NCBI RefSeq assembly: GCF_001194135.2
Contig: NC_068984.1
Location: 133,532,883 to 133,596,882 of the forward strand
Direction: 5' to 3'
Source of the DNA: Octopus bimaculoides
Lineage: Eukaryota
DNA: 64,000 bases
Shown here: positions 24,272 through 37,860 of the stretch, piece after piece
How positions within the stretch are numbered: the first letter of the stretch is position 1
How the letters are laid out: each line of letters starts with the position of its first letter
Notes under the pieces: model-generated
The model's input: the letters and a program-made list of their open reading frames with translations, nothing else
Databases searched by the model: none
Told to the model about the DNA's origin: nothing
Translations under genes and position numbers: made by a program

Positions 24272-24385
24272 ATAACCAAAGCTGGATTTACATTTACCAT
24301 TTGGACTCGTTGTTCAATATAAAACAATACCAGAATGTGTCCTTTTTTTTGTAGTAGATATAGTGACTATTGCCACTGCTTCATA

Positions 24386-24391
24386 AATAAA
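24386..24391 (+). terminator. PolyA signal of the nested collagen-C1q gene
   Basis: AATAAA 115 nt after the stop codon. Confidence 0.55.
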
Positions 24392-25352
24392 ATAGTTTAA
24401 ATACTAAATTTCTTGAAATTAAACTATGAAAACACCACCACTAGTATTTGTGGTTACTTACCATTCTTATCTCATCTCTAATTGTTCTTTTCATAAATAG
24501 CTTCATAGAAGAATACATTAAAAGACATTGTTCATAAAATGTCTCCTTGCTATATATTCACAGATGCAAGTTAGTGTATATAAATATCACAATTTTCATT
24601 GTTTCATAAGTAATAATCTAAACTCCATTAATACAGGTCCAAGAAAACTGGTGTTTTGAACATAGTGCAGGTATGACCACATGGTGAAGAATTTCATTTT
24701 GCAATGGTGTGATTGCTGGTTCAATCCTTCTGCTGGGCACCTTACACAAGTATCTGCTATCATAGCTTCATGTTGTACAAAACCTTCTAACAAAATTGAG
24801 AAGACAGACACTATGTATAAGCTGATCAGAGGGTCTGTTAGATATCTGTTCTTAGGTGGTGGATTGAATGCATTCACTGGCTTAATACAACCACATGGCC
24901 CTTGAAAGCTTTCAGCAGGGTCCACTCTGTTGAAAGCATTTGAATAAGGTCTTTCGTCTGAGGACAACTCAGTACTTGATGCACTGTTTTCTGCTGCAGA
25001 AACAGACAAGTTGTGGTTTTATCTTCTTTTTCCCCCAACAAGTAATAGAGGCTTTGCAAAAGGTTGAGTAAGGACTCTTTAAATAAGCCATAGAAAAATT
25101 AAAACTTTTCCCTATTCTATCATGACAACCCTATTAGCATACTCTTGTCTCTATTCACACCAAAAAAAGGAGAGACACATTTTTCAAAGGAAATGAACCA
25201 TTGTTATGCTAATTCCAGCAGCTTAATTTATAAGAGAGATTCCTGTTCTTTCAATAATGATACCATTATCAATCTATTATATCATATATCACCAAACAAG
25301 ACAAAGTATTTCAACAACAGTTAGAATAAACATACATATTTATTATAATGTA

Positions 25353-25908
25353 TTAGGGGTACCGAAAAGTAATATTGCATTTTCGAGCAAATAGCCAGAT
25401 ATTATACCAAAAGAGGATCCGCAGCAATATACAGGGACTTTCAGAGATTTATCTAATAAACCTTGGTCCATAGTGCAGGATCATCTCAAGTAGATTGTGA
25501 AAATCTATAAAGAAGGGAAGAAGGTACCCAATGAGCTGTCCCTTGAAAATAAAGGCCATATTCAGTGAAGATAACCTAAGAAAAGATAAATTCATTAGGC
25601 TGGGAAACTCTACTTCACCCTTCCTATTTACTGGACCCAGCACCATCAGATTTTCACTTATTCAGGTCACTTGAGCACTTTACCTATGGAAAAACATTCA
25701 GAAGCAGGAATAATCTCAAAACAATACTCCAAACATTTTTTCTCTTCTAAAGAACCTAATTTTCAGGCCTGAGGAATCAGAAAACTGGTTTCGAAGTGAG
25801 AAAATGTTATTGCTCATCATGGTGATTATATTTTGAATGAACAAATATATTTACTAAATGTTTTGAACTTATTACATGAAATGCAACATTACTTTTTGGT
25901 ACCCCTAA
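25353..25908 (+). mobile_element. Mariner deletion derivative with intact TIRs and TA TSD
   Basis: TA-TTAGGGGTACCGAAAAGTAATATTGCATTT ... GAAATGCAACATTACTTTTTGGTACCCCTAA-TA. Internal remnant LGWETLLHP..DPAPSDFHLFRSLEH..FFSSKEPNF..GIRKL. Confidence 0.9.
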
Positions 25909-25933
25909 TATATAATATATAAATGGTTCTTAC

Positions 25934-26151
25934 CATAATTGGACAGACAGGTGCCAGATGGTCATAAAGAAGTCGAGCTTCACCAATATTACACGCCTGG
26001 AATGTAAGTTGTAAACAGCAACAGCCCATTCCAAAACCCATAGCATCCATATATATATGGTCTGGTTTGGCTGCATTTTGTGACTCACCATTGTCTCCAT
26101 ATATGGATAAATCTTCCAGGAATGGAGACATGGTATTCTTATCTTTAAAAA
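25934..26151 (-). CDS. GCLC: GCLC exon 7 ((I)[14 protein letters not shown]...[45 protein letters not shown])
   Basis: ggtttcAG acceptor and GTAAGA donor. 218 nt, phase 1-0. Active-site motif [16 protein letters not shown]. Confidence 0.97.
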
Positions 26152-26728
26152 CTGAAACCAGACAAAGAAAAAGCTATACAAACATAACAAAAAACACATA
26201 AGTATTATGAAATACTGGTTTCATCTGACAAATTAATTTAACTTATTGGTAATGTTTTTAGTAAATGATGCCAACACTTCAATCACCCACAGTATCTTTG
26301 TATCATCAGATATCTTTCTTTTATTTTTTATCGTCTACCATCTTATTTTGCTCAGATTTTACCACAGAGAGAGCAGCTGATATTTTACATTCAATTTTTA
26401 ATCAAGTATATCCCTTATCACTTATTTCTGTTTGGCATTTACATATTTCACTTGCTCTGCTCCAGCAATATTTCATTGTCACATACTAGTGGCCTGAAAA
26501 ACCATAATAAACAAGCCTCGTTCTGTAGAGAGAACAAAACATCTTCCAACAATTACAAAAATACAATTGATCATTACTTTCACTGCTAGCTCCACTACTT
26601 ACAATGATTAGCAGCTGAGCTGCTAAACATGACAGAAACAACCAGCTACATACATCTCCTGTAAGGGCTTATTAATTATACTAGCAGAAAGACCGACCTC
26701 CAGGTGGTTTTCTGCTTGTCAAACCTGG

Positions 26729-26860
26729 AGTGTGTGTGTGTGTTTATTTTAGAGAGACAGTGTGTGTGTTTATATTAGAAAGACAGTGTGTGTGTTTATA
26801 TTAGAGAGAGTGTGTGTGTTTATATTAGAGAGAGAGTGTGTCTGTTATATTAGAGAAACA

Positions 26861-26890
<30 letters not shown>
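26729..26890. repeat. ~24-bp tandem repeat (GTGTGTGTTTATATTAGAGAGACA)-like x5, merging into (TG)n
   Basis: Direct reading. Confidence 0.8.
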
Positions 26891-26891
<1 letters not shown>

Positions 26892-28511
26892 GAAGAGGGG
26901 GAGAGAGAATGTTGCAAACAATGAATGAAATAAACATGAAATGAAAATATCATATAAATAAAAGCTTGTTAAAAACTATCTTGTAATGTATATTTAAATT
27001 TGTGAACTTGAAATATTCAACAATAAAAGGAAGTTCAGAAAGTAAATTTTCCTGTAAACTTCAATTTATAAAAAAAATCTCACATGCTTAGTAAATATTT
27101 CTTTCAGAAATTTATCATACTTGTAATATATCTGTAATTTAAACAAACTTCAAGGTTTAGAGTGTTAGAAATAGCAGTGATCACATTCCAAACAGCCATA
27201 CCAACAAAATCACTTCTTAATTATATTTTTATAAATTACACCGGTATATTAAAAAATTTTCATTTTATTAAAAATAAGCCTCAAAGTTATACAGCTATTT
27301 TGTCATTATAAAGTGGTTGACATTAGGAAGGGTGTCCAGCTGTAGAAGCCATGCCAAAGCAGACATTGGTGCTCAATGAAGCCCTATCAAACAGCCCAAC
27401 CCATGCCAGCTTGGAAAACAGGCATTAAATAATGATGGATGATAATGATAAATAGTGGAGTTGTTTAAGCTGGAGAAATGGTCGAGATAGCAGAATGTCA
27501 TATTGCATGCCAATATGACATTCCTCGAACCAGTTCAGTACAAAATTCTTCTGAGTTCAAATTCTGTAGCACTTGTTTAGTGTCAAGTAAAGCCTAACTG
27601 AAACAGCCCTATGACCAAAAGAAAACCAGTTGCGGCTCTTCAATCATTTTGTATGTCTATGATGATATTGTTCATATCCTCTGTTTTTAAAATGGAAGGT
27701 TTTCATTTAAGGGAGGTTTGGCTGTTATTTACATTAATACATAATTGATTATCAAATTAATATTAACTGATATTACACTAATTCATAATTTAATTCAAAA
27801 GGTCATTTCTTGTTGCAAACATTGAACTGAGGTATGATATCTCATTATGTTGCACATTAGTACAGTGCCCCATCCTGCTAGCACTAAGTGACTGATTGTT
27901 ATCTTGTGGAGATAATATATCAGAAACAAATTACAATGTCCATTTTGAAGTAGAAGGAATGGTAAGTGCTGTGTAATGTAATCAGCAGAACAGTGGCTTG
28001 ATAAGTGGTAATACATGGTGGAATCCTTTGGTGCACTTGGTGCCCGATATTTATAGAGTGTCTGCTGCTGCTGCTGGTCCTCGTTGTTGTCATTTAATGT
28101 CCATTTTCTATGCTGGCAGGGATTAGAGGGTGTGACAGGGGCTGGCTAGGAAGAAGATTGCACAAGGCTTCACTGTCTGTTTTGGCAGGGTTTTTTATGG
28201 CTGGATGCCCTTCCTAACACCAACTACCTTACAGAGTGTCTGACAGCATTTGAAGATATATAATTTTGAACAGTAAAAAGATGAACAGAAAAAGGATGAA
28301 GTCAGAGAAAATATAGAGAAACAAAACAAAGCATCGCTAACAAAATAACCATTAGAATCAGATGCAGAAGGTGAAAGACAGATTCGAATGCCAAATAGCT
28401 GACTCTTGCCAAGACTCTTACCTGCAGGACTATTCTATTTACTGGTGTGTTGGAGACAATGGTAATGAGTTATATACTAATTATGTATGGTAAATAAACA
28501 GTTATACTTAC

Positions 28512-28570
28512 TAGGAATATTAATAGCAATTTTTTCTTTCCTCCTCAGTTTAACATTTCTGGTGAGGGTC
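28512..28570 (-). CDS. GCLC: GCLC exon 6 (TLTRNVKLRRKEKIAINIP)
   Basis: ctattaAG acceptor and GTAAGT donor. 59 nt, phase 2-1. Matches TLTRNIRHRRGEKVVINVP. Confidence 0.95.
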
Positions 28571-28679
28571 CTTAATAGAAGAAACAACATAAAAAGATGA
28601 TGGACATAGAGAATACAGTTGAGCACGAATGAAAAATACTGAATACAGTGTAGAGAGCAGCAGAGACATCTTTACTCAA

Positions 28680-28960
28680 AGTGCAAGTGTCACTTCTACT
28701 CCACATTACAGTACTGGTATCATATGAATCTTCTCTCACAATACAAGTGTCAAACTTGCCACCTGTCACATTACAGGCATCACACCTATCCACTATTACA
28801 TAACTGGTGCCACACCTATCTACTCCCACATTACTGTTGTCCTTCAGTACAGTAATAGTTCCATGCCAATCCATCATTACAATATGAGTCAGACTTGCTC
28901 TCTGTTATGTTATAGGTGGTGTCACACCTATTCCCCACTACATCACTAGTTCCTAACCAA
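28680..28960. repeat. Cryptic degenerate ~30-bp tandem repeat
   Basis: Recurring GTG(T/C)CACACCTAT...CACATTAC. It shows up as 10-aa periodicity in the minus ORF (VGVDRCGTSY VIVDRCDACN VTGGKFDTCI). Confidence 0.65.
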
Positions 28961-29193
28961 ATCACCAACAGCATACAGGTGCAATTTCTTATAAGCATCC
29001 ACATATAGTAATTTAAGAGAATATTACTGAATATCTTATGATTTGGCATACACCACCAAAACCTGAAATATAGACATATAGAGCAACATGACACACAACA
29101 CCCCAGTAACTTAACATAGTGACATTACACAAAATACCTCTATAAATGACGTACAATATACAGACAATTAAATGTTACATACAATATGCAGAG

Positions 29194-29573
29194 TGGAGGC
29201 GCAATGGCCCAGTGGTTAGGGCAGCAGACTCGCGGTCATAGGATCGCAGTTTCGATTCCCAGATCGGGCGTTGTGAGTGTTTATTGAGCAAAAACACCTA
29301 AAGCTCCACGAGGCTCCGGCAGGGGATGGTGGCGAACCCTGCTGTACTCTTCCACCACAACTTTCTCTCACTCTTACTTCCTGTTTCTGTTGTGCCTGTA
29401 ATTCAAAGGGTCAGCCTTGTCACACTGTGCCACGCTGAATATCCCTGAGAACTACGTTAAGGGTACACGTGTCTGTGGAGTGCTCAGCCACTTGCACATT
29501 AATTTCACGAGCAGGCTGTTCCGTTGATCGGATCAACTGGAACCCTCAACGTCGTAAGCGACGGACTGCCAAC
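29194..29573 (+). mobile_element. tRNA-derived SINE (~380-bp family, copy 2)
   Basis: A/B-box head. 17-bp TSD acatacaatatgcagag (29177-29193) / acatacaatacacagac (29574-29590), 14/17 identical. Confidence 0.9.
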
Positions 29574-30343
29574 ACATACAATACACAGACATGTGGAAAG
29601 ACATTACACACACAACAACTCTATAACTTACATATAATAGATAGACATATAATGCAGCATAGAACATAACACAAAAAACTTAAAACCACAGTTCAATACT
29701 AAATCCACATATAATTCTGAAGAATGCTGTTTATAGTAGTTGAACTGGTGTCCTCATCTTGATTGTTGCTTTCTCTATGTTTTAGCTGTTGTGTATTCCA
29801 GTCTTCTTCATGGGTCTTGTGTTGAACTCGATTGTTGTATCAGAGTTTCAAACTGAACCCTTTATTTGATCCACAGGAGTACACTGATCTCATTTCACTC
29901 TCTGCGTTTCATGACATTTTTTTGCGTCAGTTGATAATTTGTGAATTCAACTTAGTACCTTGCCTGGAACTGAACTCAGAATCTCAAGATGATTGCACTG
30001 CATCAACCATCATCTTGACCGACTACCTTACAGAGTGTCTGATAGCATTTATATATCATAAATTCCTCATTTCAGAAATATAGAATTGTAATTCCCAAGA
30101 AGCTTCTGAAATAATATCACTGGCCAAAAGAAATTCATTAACCCAGACGAGAATTCAGTTACTATAACAAAACAACCACCACCACTACCACCATACCAGC
30201 TAAGTGCTTCAATACATTATACATTTAGCCACAGCATAGTCATAAAGAATCATTTATACTTGATATTTTCATAGTTCCCATGATTAAACATAAGTCACAG
30301 AAACACATACACAAAAAATATTATATCATAGAGAATAGCTTAC

Positions 30344-30460
30344 TTGAATCGAGGATGGCTTGAATGGATAGCTTCATCGGGAAAGAAGAGAGAACTGGAA
30401 CACCCTGAAGGTGTGGGATTTGGCTTGTAAGAGGGATAAGTGAAATTAGGGCAACCAACC
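30344..30460 (-). CDS. GCLC: GCLC exon 5 (VGCPNFTYPSYKPNPTPSGCSSSLFFPDEAIHSSHPRF)
   Basis: atttTAG acceptor and GTAAGC donor. 117 nt, phase 2-2. SLFFPDEAI..HPRF motif. Confidence 0.96.
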
Positions 30461-30774
30461 CTAAAATATGAGGATCAGAAAGAAAATTGACAAACAAAAA
30501 ACATCAAATCAACAGTCGTACACAAATTATCAAGATTCAAATGGAGATAATTCCAGAAGATAAGCTTAATGTTGGAACCTCCACTTCCATTGTCTCGTGA
30601 TAATCAGTTAAATTAAGAACAAAGAAGGCAGTTATTTAGGTATTTTATGTAATAATATATTTGCACAAGTTTTTCACCGAATGCCAGAAAAATAATTTAT
30701 TCCATTGGCCTTCACAGTAGTCAGAAATATATATTTCTCTTTAAGAATATTCAGCAGTAATAATAATTAGTGTC

Positions 30775-31048
30775 TCTAATAGAGGAACAAAGCCCCTGCA
30801 ATTTGGGGGAAGAAGGGGGATGTTAGATGGTTAAATCAACCCCAGTACATGACTAACTTTATGTTATTGACTGCCAAAAGATGAAAGGTGAAGTGGACCT
30901 TGACAGGATCTGAAATCAGAATAGAAGCTAGGCAAATACTACAAAGTGTTTTATCTGCTTCTTTATATTCTGATTTGAAATCCTTCTGAGGTTAACTTTT
31001 TGGAAACAGAATATATAAAGAGTCAGAGGATATACCTGACAAAATATC

Positions 31049-31083
<35 letters not shown>

Positions 31084-31830
31084 CCTCTGAAATGTTTGGC
31101 ACAAGGACAGCAATTTTGAGGGGAGGGATAAGTTGATTGCATTGACCCCAGTGTTCAAGTGGTACTTATTTTATCGACCCATAAAGGATGAAAAGATGAA
31201 ATGCAAAGTTGGCTTTGGTGGAATTTTAACAATGCCCTGATGCAGTACCAGGCAGTGGCTTTCATGGCTTCTTATCTTAACTGATTGGAAGTGTTATCAT
31301 GTACATTGTTTTGTCTTGGTATAAAACATGGGCTACAGAAACCTTTCTGTTCAATACCACAGATTTGCTCGTCAGTTAAGTGGCTGACAATATGTGCATC
31401 TCTGATCACAAGCAGAAGTACTGGAGAAGCATCATAGCCATGTGTTGAGAGAAATTCTTTGGGGTTTGGATAATTCACCTCTGGAAACATCGGTGTTTCG
31501 TTCAACATCCTTAAACAACCCTTATTCAGGGACCTTTTGAACGGGATGGGGTACTCGAACTGAAGAAAATTCTAACTGGGCCCTACCTGCAAGGTCACGT
31601 TTTCTCTATTGCCCACAGGAGGCTAAACAGAGAGGGGACAAACAAGGACAGACAAAGGGATTAAGTTGATTACATCGACCCCAGTGTGTAACTGGCACTT
31701 ATTTAATCGACCCAGAAAGGATGAAAGGCAAAGTCGACCTCGGTTGAATTTGAACTCAGAACGTAACAGCAGATGAAATACCGCTAAGCATTTCGCCCGG
31801 CATGCTATCGATTCTGCCAGCTCGCCGCCT
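30775..31830 (-). mobile_element. Three minus-strand copies of the same short SINE, plus other repeat sequence
   Basis: Reverse-complement copies at ~30775-30960, 31083-31232 and 31622-31830. Further copies at ~39670, 42960, 54120, 54693 and 57796. Confidence 0.75.
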
Positions 31831-31857
31831 TCAATCAAAATGATGATGATGATAATG

Positions 31858-31890
<33 letters not shown>

Positions 31891-32189
31891 ACAACATCAG
31901 CAAAATCTATAACGGTGTTGCTGAGAACATCGTGAAATAAGTAGAGCCAAATCAAGGGAGGTTACTCTCGCAACAGTCTGGGATGGAGACGTAATACCTG
32001 TTGTATTGTAAACACCATTTCTAACATATCAGCCGAGAAAAACTGATGTAAAATTAATGCTGCTGTTGATGATTTCCTTAACCTCATTATCCCAAGAGAA
32101 TATCTAAACATCGTTCATCTGGATTTTCAGAATCAGTTACGTTAACACTATTCCTTGATTCAACTTGGCACTGACAGAGACAATAAGCT

Positions 32190-34243
<2,054 letters not shown>

Positions 34244-34570
34244 ATAATTTTTATTGCCATAATTATACAGTCTACACTTATCTATTTATTTGTACATCCG
34301 TCTTTCTATAATCACATGGGTAGATTAGGTTATTGGAGCAATTGTTCTTACGTCTGGACATACTTTCTTAGGTGCAAAGTCGGCAGTAAAGTTAGAACAA
34401 GCAGAGTTATGTACCTTGTTCAAATGTTCACCATAATGGCAGTAGCAAGTTGTTCAGCGGCTGAACTTCACAGTCAACGTGCCTAACTCTAACAATGCTT
34501 GAAGCGCTAAGCTACTATAGTGTAATACTATAGCTACTATAGTGGCAGTCATGCTTTCCCGGGGACATTA

Positions 34571-35124
34571 CCATATTTACTCGTATATAAGTTGTGCTAT
34601 TTTATATTGGATTTTCACTGAAAAAACTGGGATGTGAGTTATATATGAGGCAAAGCTAAATCTGTGTTGCAGCTCTGGGTTTCCTATTTGTTGCTCTGTG
34701 TTTGTGATTGGTTAGAATTAACTATTTCCTTCTGTTTCCGGTTTGGCGTTTGTATAAAGCATGACAGTCGCTATTTCTCACTAAAGAGTTTTCCTTCCTT
34801 CGTTTTAGAACTCTCCCAGCACGTAGTTTTTTCACTCACGTCAACGCTGGCTGCTCAGCAAGTTCTCTCGATGAGCCAGCAGACTGAAAACAATCTCGCC
34901 TTCTTGGAGGCATTCTCACGCACACTACTAGTGCTACCGTCGCCTCCATGTTGTTTCGTTTGGCTGATCCAACTTTGAAATGGAGAAATATATATTTGCA
35001 TGTAAGCCAATATCAAACACAGGGCTGCTACAACTATGAAGGGGAAAAGTTTTGGACCAAGATTTAACTCTAAAGTAGGGATGTGACTCATTTATGAGTG
35101 TCACTGATACATGAGTAAATATAG
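34571..35124. mobile_element. Decayed pogo/Tc2-type non-autonomous DNA element
   Basis: Left TA-CCATATTTACTCGTATATAAG. The right end CTGATACATGAGTAAATATAG matches its reverse complement at 17/21. CpG-retaining interior. Confidence 0.65.
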
Positions 35125-35868
35125 AAGTGATATAGAAGAGGGAAACTTCTACATGGACCCATTCTTTATTTTCAAAGTTCAACAACTATTGGAGTGACAA
35201 TGAGTGCATCAACAATTTCTGGCATTTTGGATTTTGATCCATCCAATTGAAAAATATACAGCACTGTTTTTGGTTCAGTAGGTTTGGGGATCTTTTACTT
35301 TTTTAAAAATAATTTAGTCATAAGAAGGGCAATATCTATGACCTTTGCAAACCTTCTGGAGGCAAAGAATGTTTTTTTTTCAATGTGCATCCTGAACAAC
35401 TGCAGTTGAAATAGCAAACCCCCTGTTTCATAGTTCCATAGTTAAAAGTTGTTATGCAATAATGCAAGAAACAAAAGCTCTCAGAAAAAAGATACGAAAT
35501 ATACTAAGTTTCTATGCTTGAAGAAATCTTTGAAGAAATTATCCAGATTAAATATTACTCCACCCTCATTTTATTGTAATTGCAGATCATTTTTGGTATT
35601 TTATTCACCCCTTTCACAAAAGCAACAAAACATAGCCATGGCTAGTTCATCAAGTAACTCACTCTGGCAACTTAACTCTAATGACTTTCTACTCTTGAAC
35701 AACCCCGTGCTTCTGTGAACTGATATCAAACATCATAAGCTTGTGGCACATGAGCAGTTACAAGCCTTTGAGCACACTAGTATCACAGAGATTCAGAAAT
35801 AATGACAGATTTTCAAAAATGCACAGAAATTGACATGCACACACACACATAATCAGTTCTGACATAGA

Positions 35869-36085
35869 TTAACCCTTTAGCATTCAGATTATTCTGTCAA
35901 ACATAATACTTAATCACATTGTTTTGAATTAATCAGGCATCATCTTGTAGCTTTGAGATTCCAATAATGTGATTGTTCATTCTTAGAATAGGGTGGGTGA
36001 GAGAGGCTGGATCTGGCCAGTTTAAACATAAAAATAAGTAGAATGTTTGAGCTGGATATGGCCAGTTGAAATGCTTAAGGGTTAA
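35869..36085. mobile_element. piggyBac-type MITE (second family)
   Basis: TTAA-CCCTTTAGCATTC ... GAAATGCTTAAGGG-TTAA. Related copies at 1824-1952, ~13600-13812, ~39428-39630 and ~43330-43458. Confidence 0.75.
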
Positions 36086-36470
36086 GAAAGTATTTCTGAT
36101 GTTTCTCCTGGTAACCCTCACGGTCTCAAGTGTCAACCACAGCCTGGTGAACTCAAACGTCCACTACATCAGTACAGCAGTTTCAAGTGTGCACTACACT
36201 ATGCTCAACCAAGGAAATACCACTGATAAGATAGAGCTGCCAATTCTTTAGCTGAAAACGTACAGTCAGTGTATTTCTTTATCTACTAGACCAGTAATAA
36301 ATACAAATACACTGTAGCTATATGAATAATGCACATATATATATATTTAAGTACTTTTATACAATATAACAATGCTCTAACAAGGAAATCAGACAAAGCA
36401 ATTACCTTGTGAAGCACCATTATATAAATACAACATAACAAAATTATTGCAGTTTTGATGCATACCTTAC

Positions 36471-36536
36471 CTGGGGAAAGCAGTTATACAAGCTATTCCT
36501 TCTCCGGTCTTTAATAGTTTGCGAATACTCTCACGC
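36471..36536 (-). CDS. GCLC: GCLC exon 4 (RESIRKLLKTGEGIACITAFPR)
   Basis: tttttcAG acceptor and GTAAGG donor. 66 nt, phase 2-2. Matches RKEATSILEENQALCTITSFPR. Confidence 0.93.
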
Positions 36537-36629
36537 CTGAAAAAGGTAAAAATACAGATTTAAATTAACCAAATACAAAATGATATTCTGGAAATATATC
36601 ATCATCATCATCATTTAACATCCACCTAG

Positions 36630-36923
36630 AAAACTGGTGTAGCATTCAATGCTTTATAGAACATACATGTGTTTCTTCAAATTACTGTCATAGAGTCAAA
36701 GATGAACTGAAGGCAAGGATTATGGCAGCATTCACCAACTTAAACAAGGAGACTATCCAGAAGAGTTTCAGGAAATTCAGGCCATGGTTGAAGCCAATGG
36801 TGATTTTATAGAATAAATTTACTCTTTAGTATTTCAAGATATGTTTATATAATTTTGGTAAATATATGTTAAAATTTTCATTTTTGTGTAATTTAGATGA
36901 CAGTTTATTCACTGCACTCTGTA
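36630..36923 (+). mobile_element. Tc1/mariner-superfamily (maT-like) transposase 3' remnant and TIR
   Basis: KDELKARIMAAFTNLNKETIQK..F...AMVEANGDFIE*, followed by a ...CACTGCACTCTG-TA end. Confidence 0.65.
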
Positions 36924-37569
36924 TATACATGAGTAAGAACAAAAAGGGAATGGAAATAGCACTCAACATATCTAATTGATATTGTATTTATTGAGTAAGA
37001 AGTCGGCTTAGTTCCAGATGTTACTTACAGTTTCGTTGACATGAAAGTATGTCCATCTCTTTGGACACTCAGAAGCAAAATGGGGTAAAAAAAACACTGG
37101 GTTCTTTGTTACAGAGAGAATTTTATCCCTACTGGTCAGTTCTGGTCACGATGATGCAATGATAACTAGATGGCAGCAGATTATGAGTGAAAAATCCTCC
37201 ATATGTTAAAGCAGGTGAGATATTACTTTCATTTAGTCATCAATGCAAGATGTTTGGCATACCAGCGACATCAGTGCTAAGTCATAGGATGGTGTAAAAT
37301 GTTTCCTTTGGTCAGTTATGGTCATATGAATGTAGTGATCGCTCAGCAACAACAGATGATGGGTAAAGGATACTCCACTTGTTAAATCACGTTGGAGGTT
37401 ACAAATGTCACTCAAAGAATGGCAGTGTGTGATGTTTGGCACACATGTGCCATGGTGTGTCTACTGGATCATTAAATTGTAAGAATGGAGGAGAGTAGTC
37501 TCTGTAAGGGCAGCATGCATAATACAACCCGGTCTGTGTCAGGATTATCAGGAAGTCAATGGCTTGCAA

Positions 37570-37860
37570 TACATCAAAAATGCATGCCTTCTAAGAGAAG
37601 AATATGAAATATTGGTCTTTCGATTAATGGATACAGCAGGCTATTGAAGTATGTGCGCTCTTTTTAGGAGGCAGAGCTGGGAATTATGGGCTCTGGGTGA
37701 GTAAGGTCGGACTTTGTTGAGTATACTCCATCTGATGCTGAGTGAGCGGTTCCTGTGATCACACAGTCTCCAGATGAAAAGAGACAAGGATGTGGAGGCT
37801 TCCTTTTCACCCCATTTTTATTCCTGAATGTCTGAAGAGATGAATGTGCTTTCACATTCA
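37570..37860 (-). mobile_element. Penelope-like element GIY-YIG C-terminal remnant
   Basis: Minus frame EASTSLSLFIWRLCDH..SLSIRWSILNKVRPYS..SQLCLLKRAHIL..INRKTNI resembles the PLE pattern ST.LS.YIW.L....I.WSIL....PY....C.LCL.EK..IL...LN...EI. Confidence 0.65.

Noticed and set aside
29194-29270. tRNA gene candidates (also at 40672, 5680-5754 and 32725-32805)
   Set aside because: These are SINE heads: A/B boxes are present but there is no complete cloverleaf, and repeat bodies follow.
34700-35005. Promoter-like cluster (CCAAT, ETS, TATAAA, Inr) with an 18-codon exon and GTAAGC donor on the plus strand
   Set aside because: It lies inside a TIR-bounded pogo/Tc2-type element (34571-35124), and no downstream plus-strand exon was found.
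36090-36255. Minus frame with three in-frame TGA codons (selenoprotein-like) after a good acceptor
   Set aside because: Short, no recognisable Sec motif or SECIS, and it ends in a piggyBac MITE.
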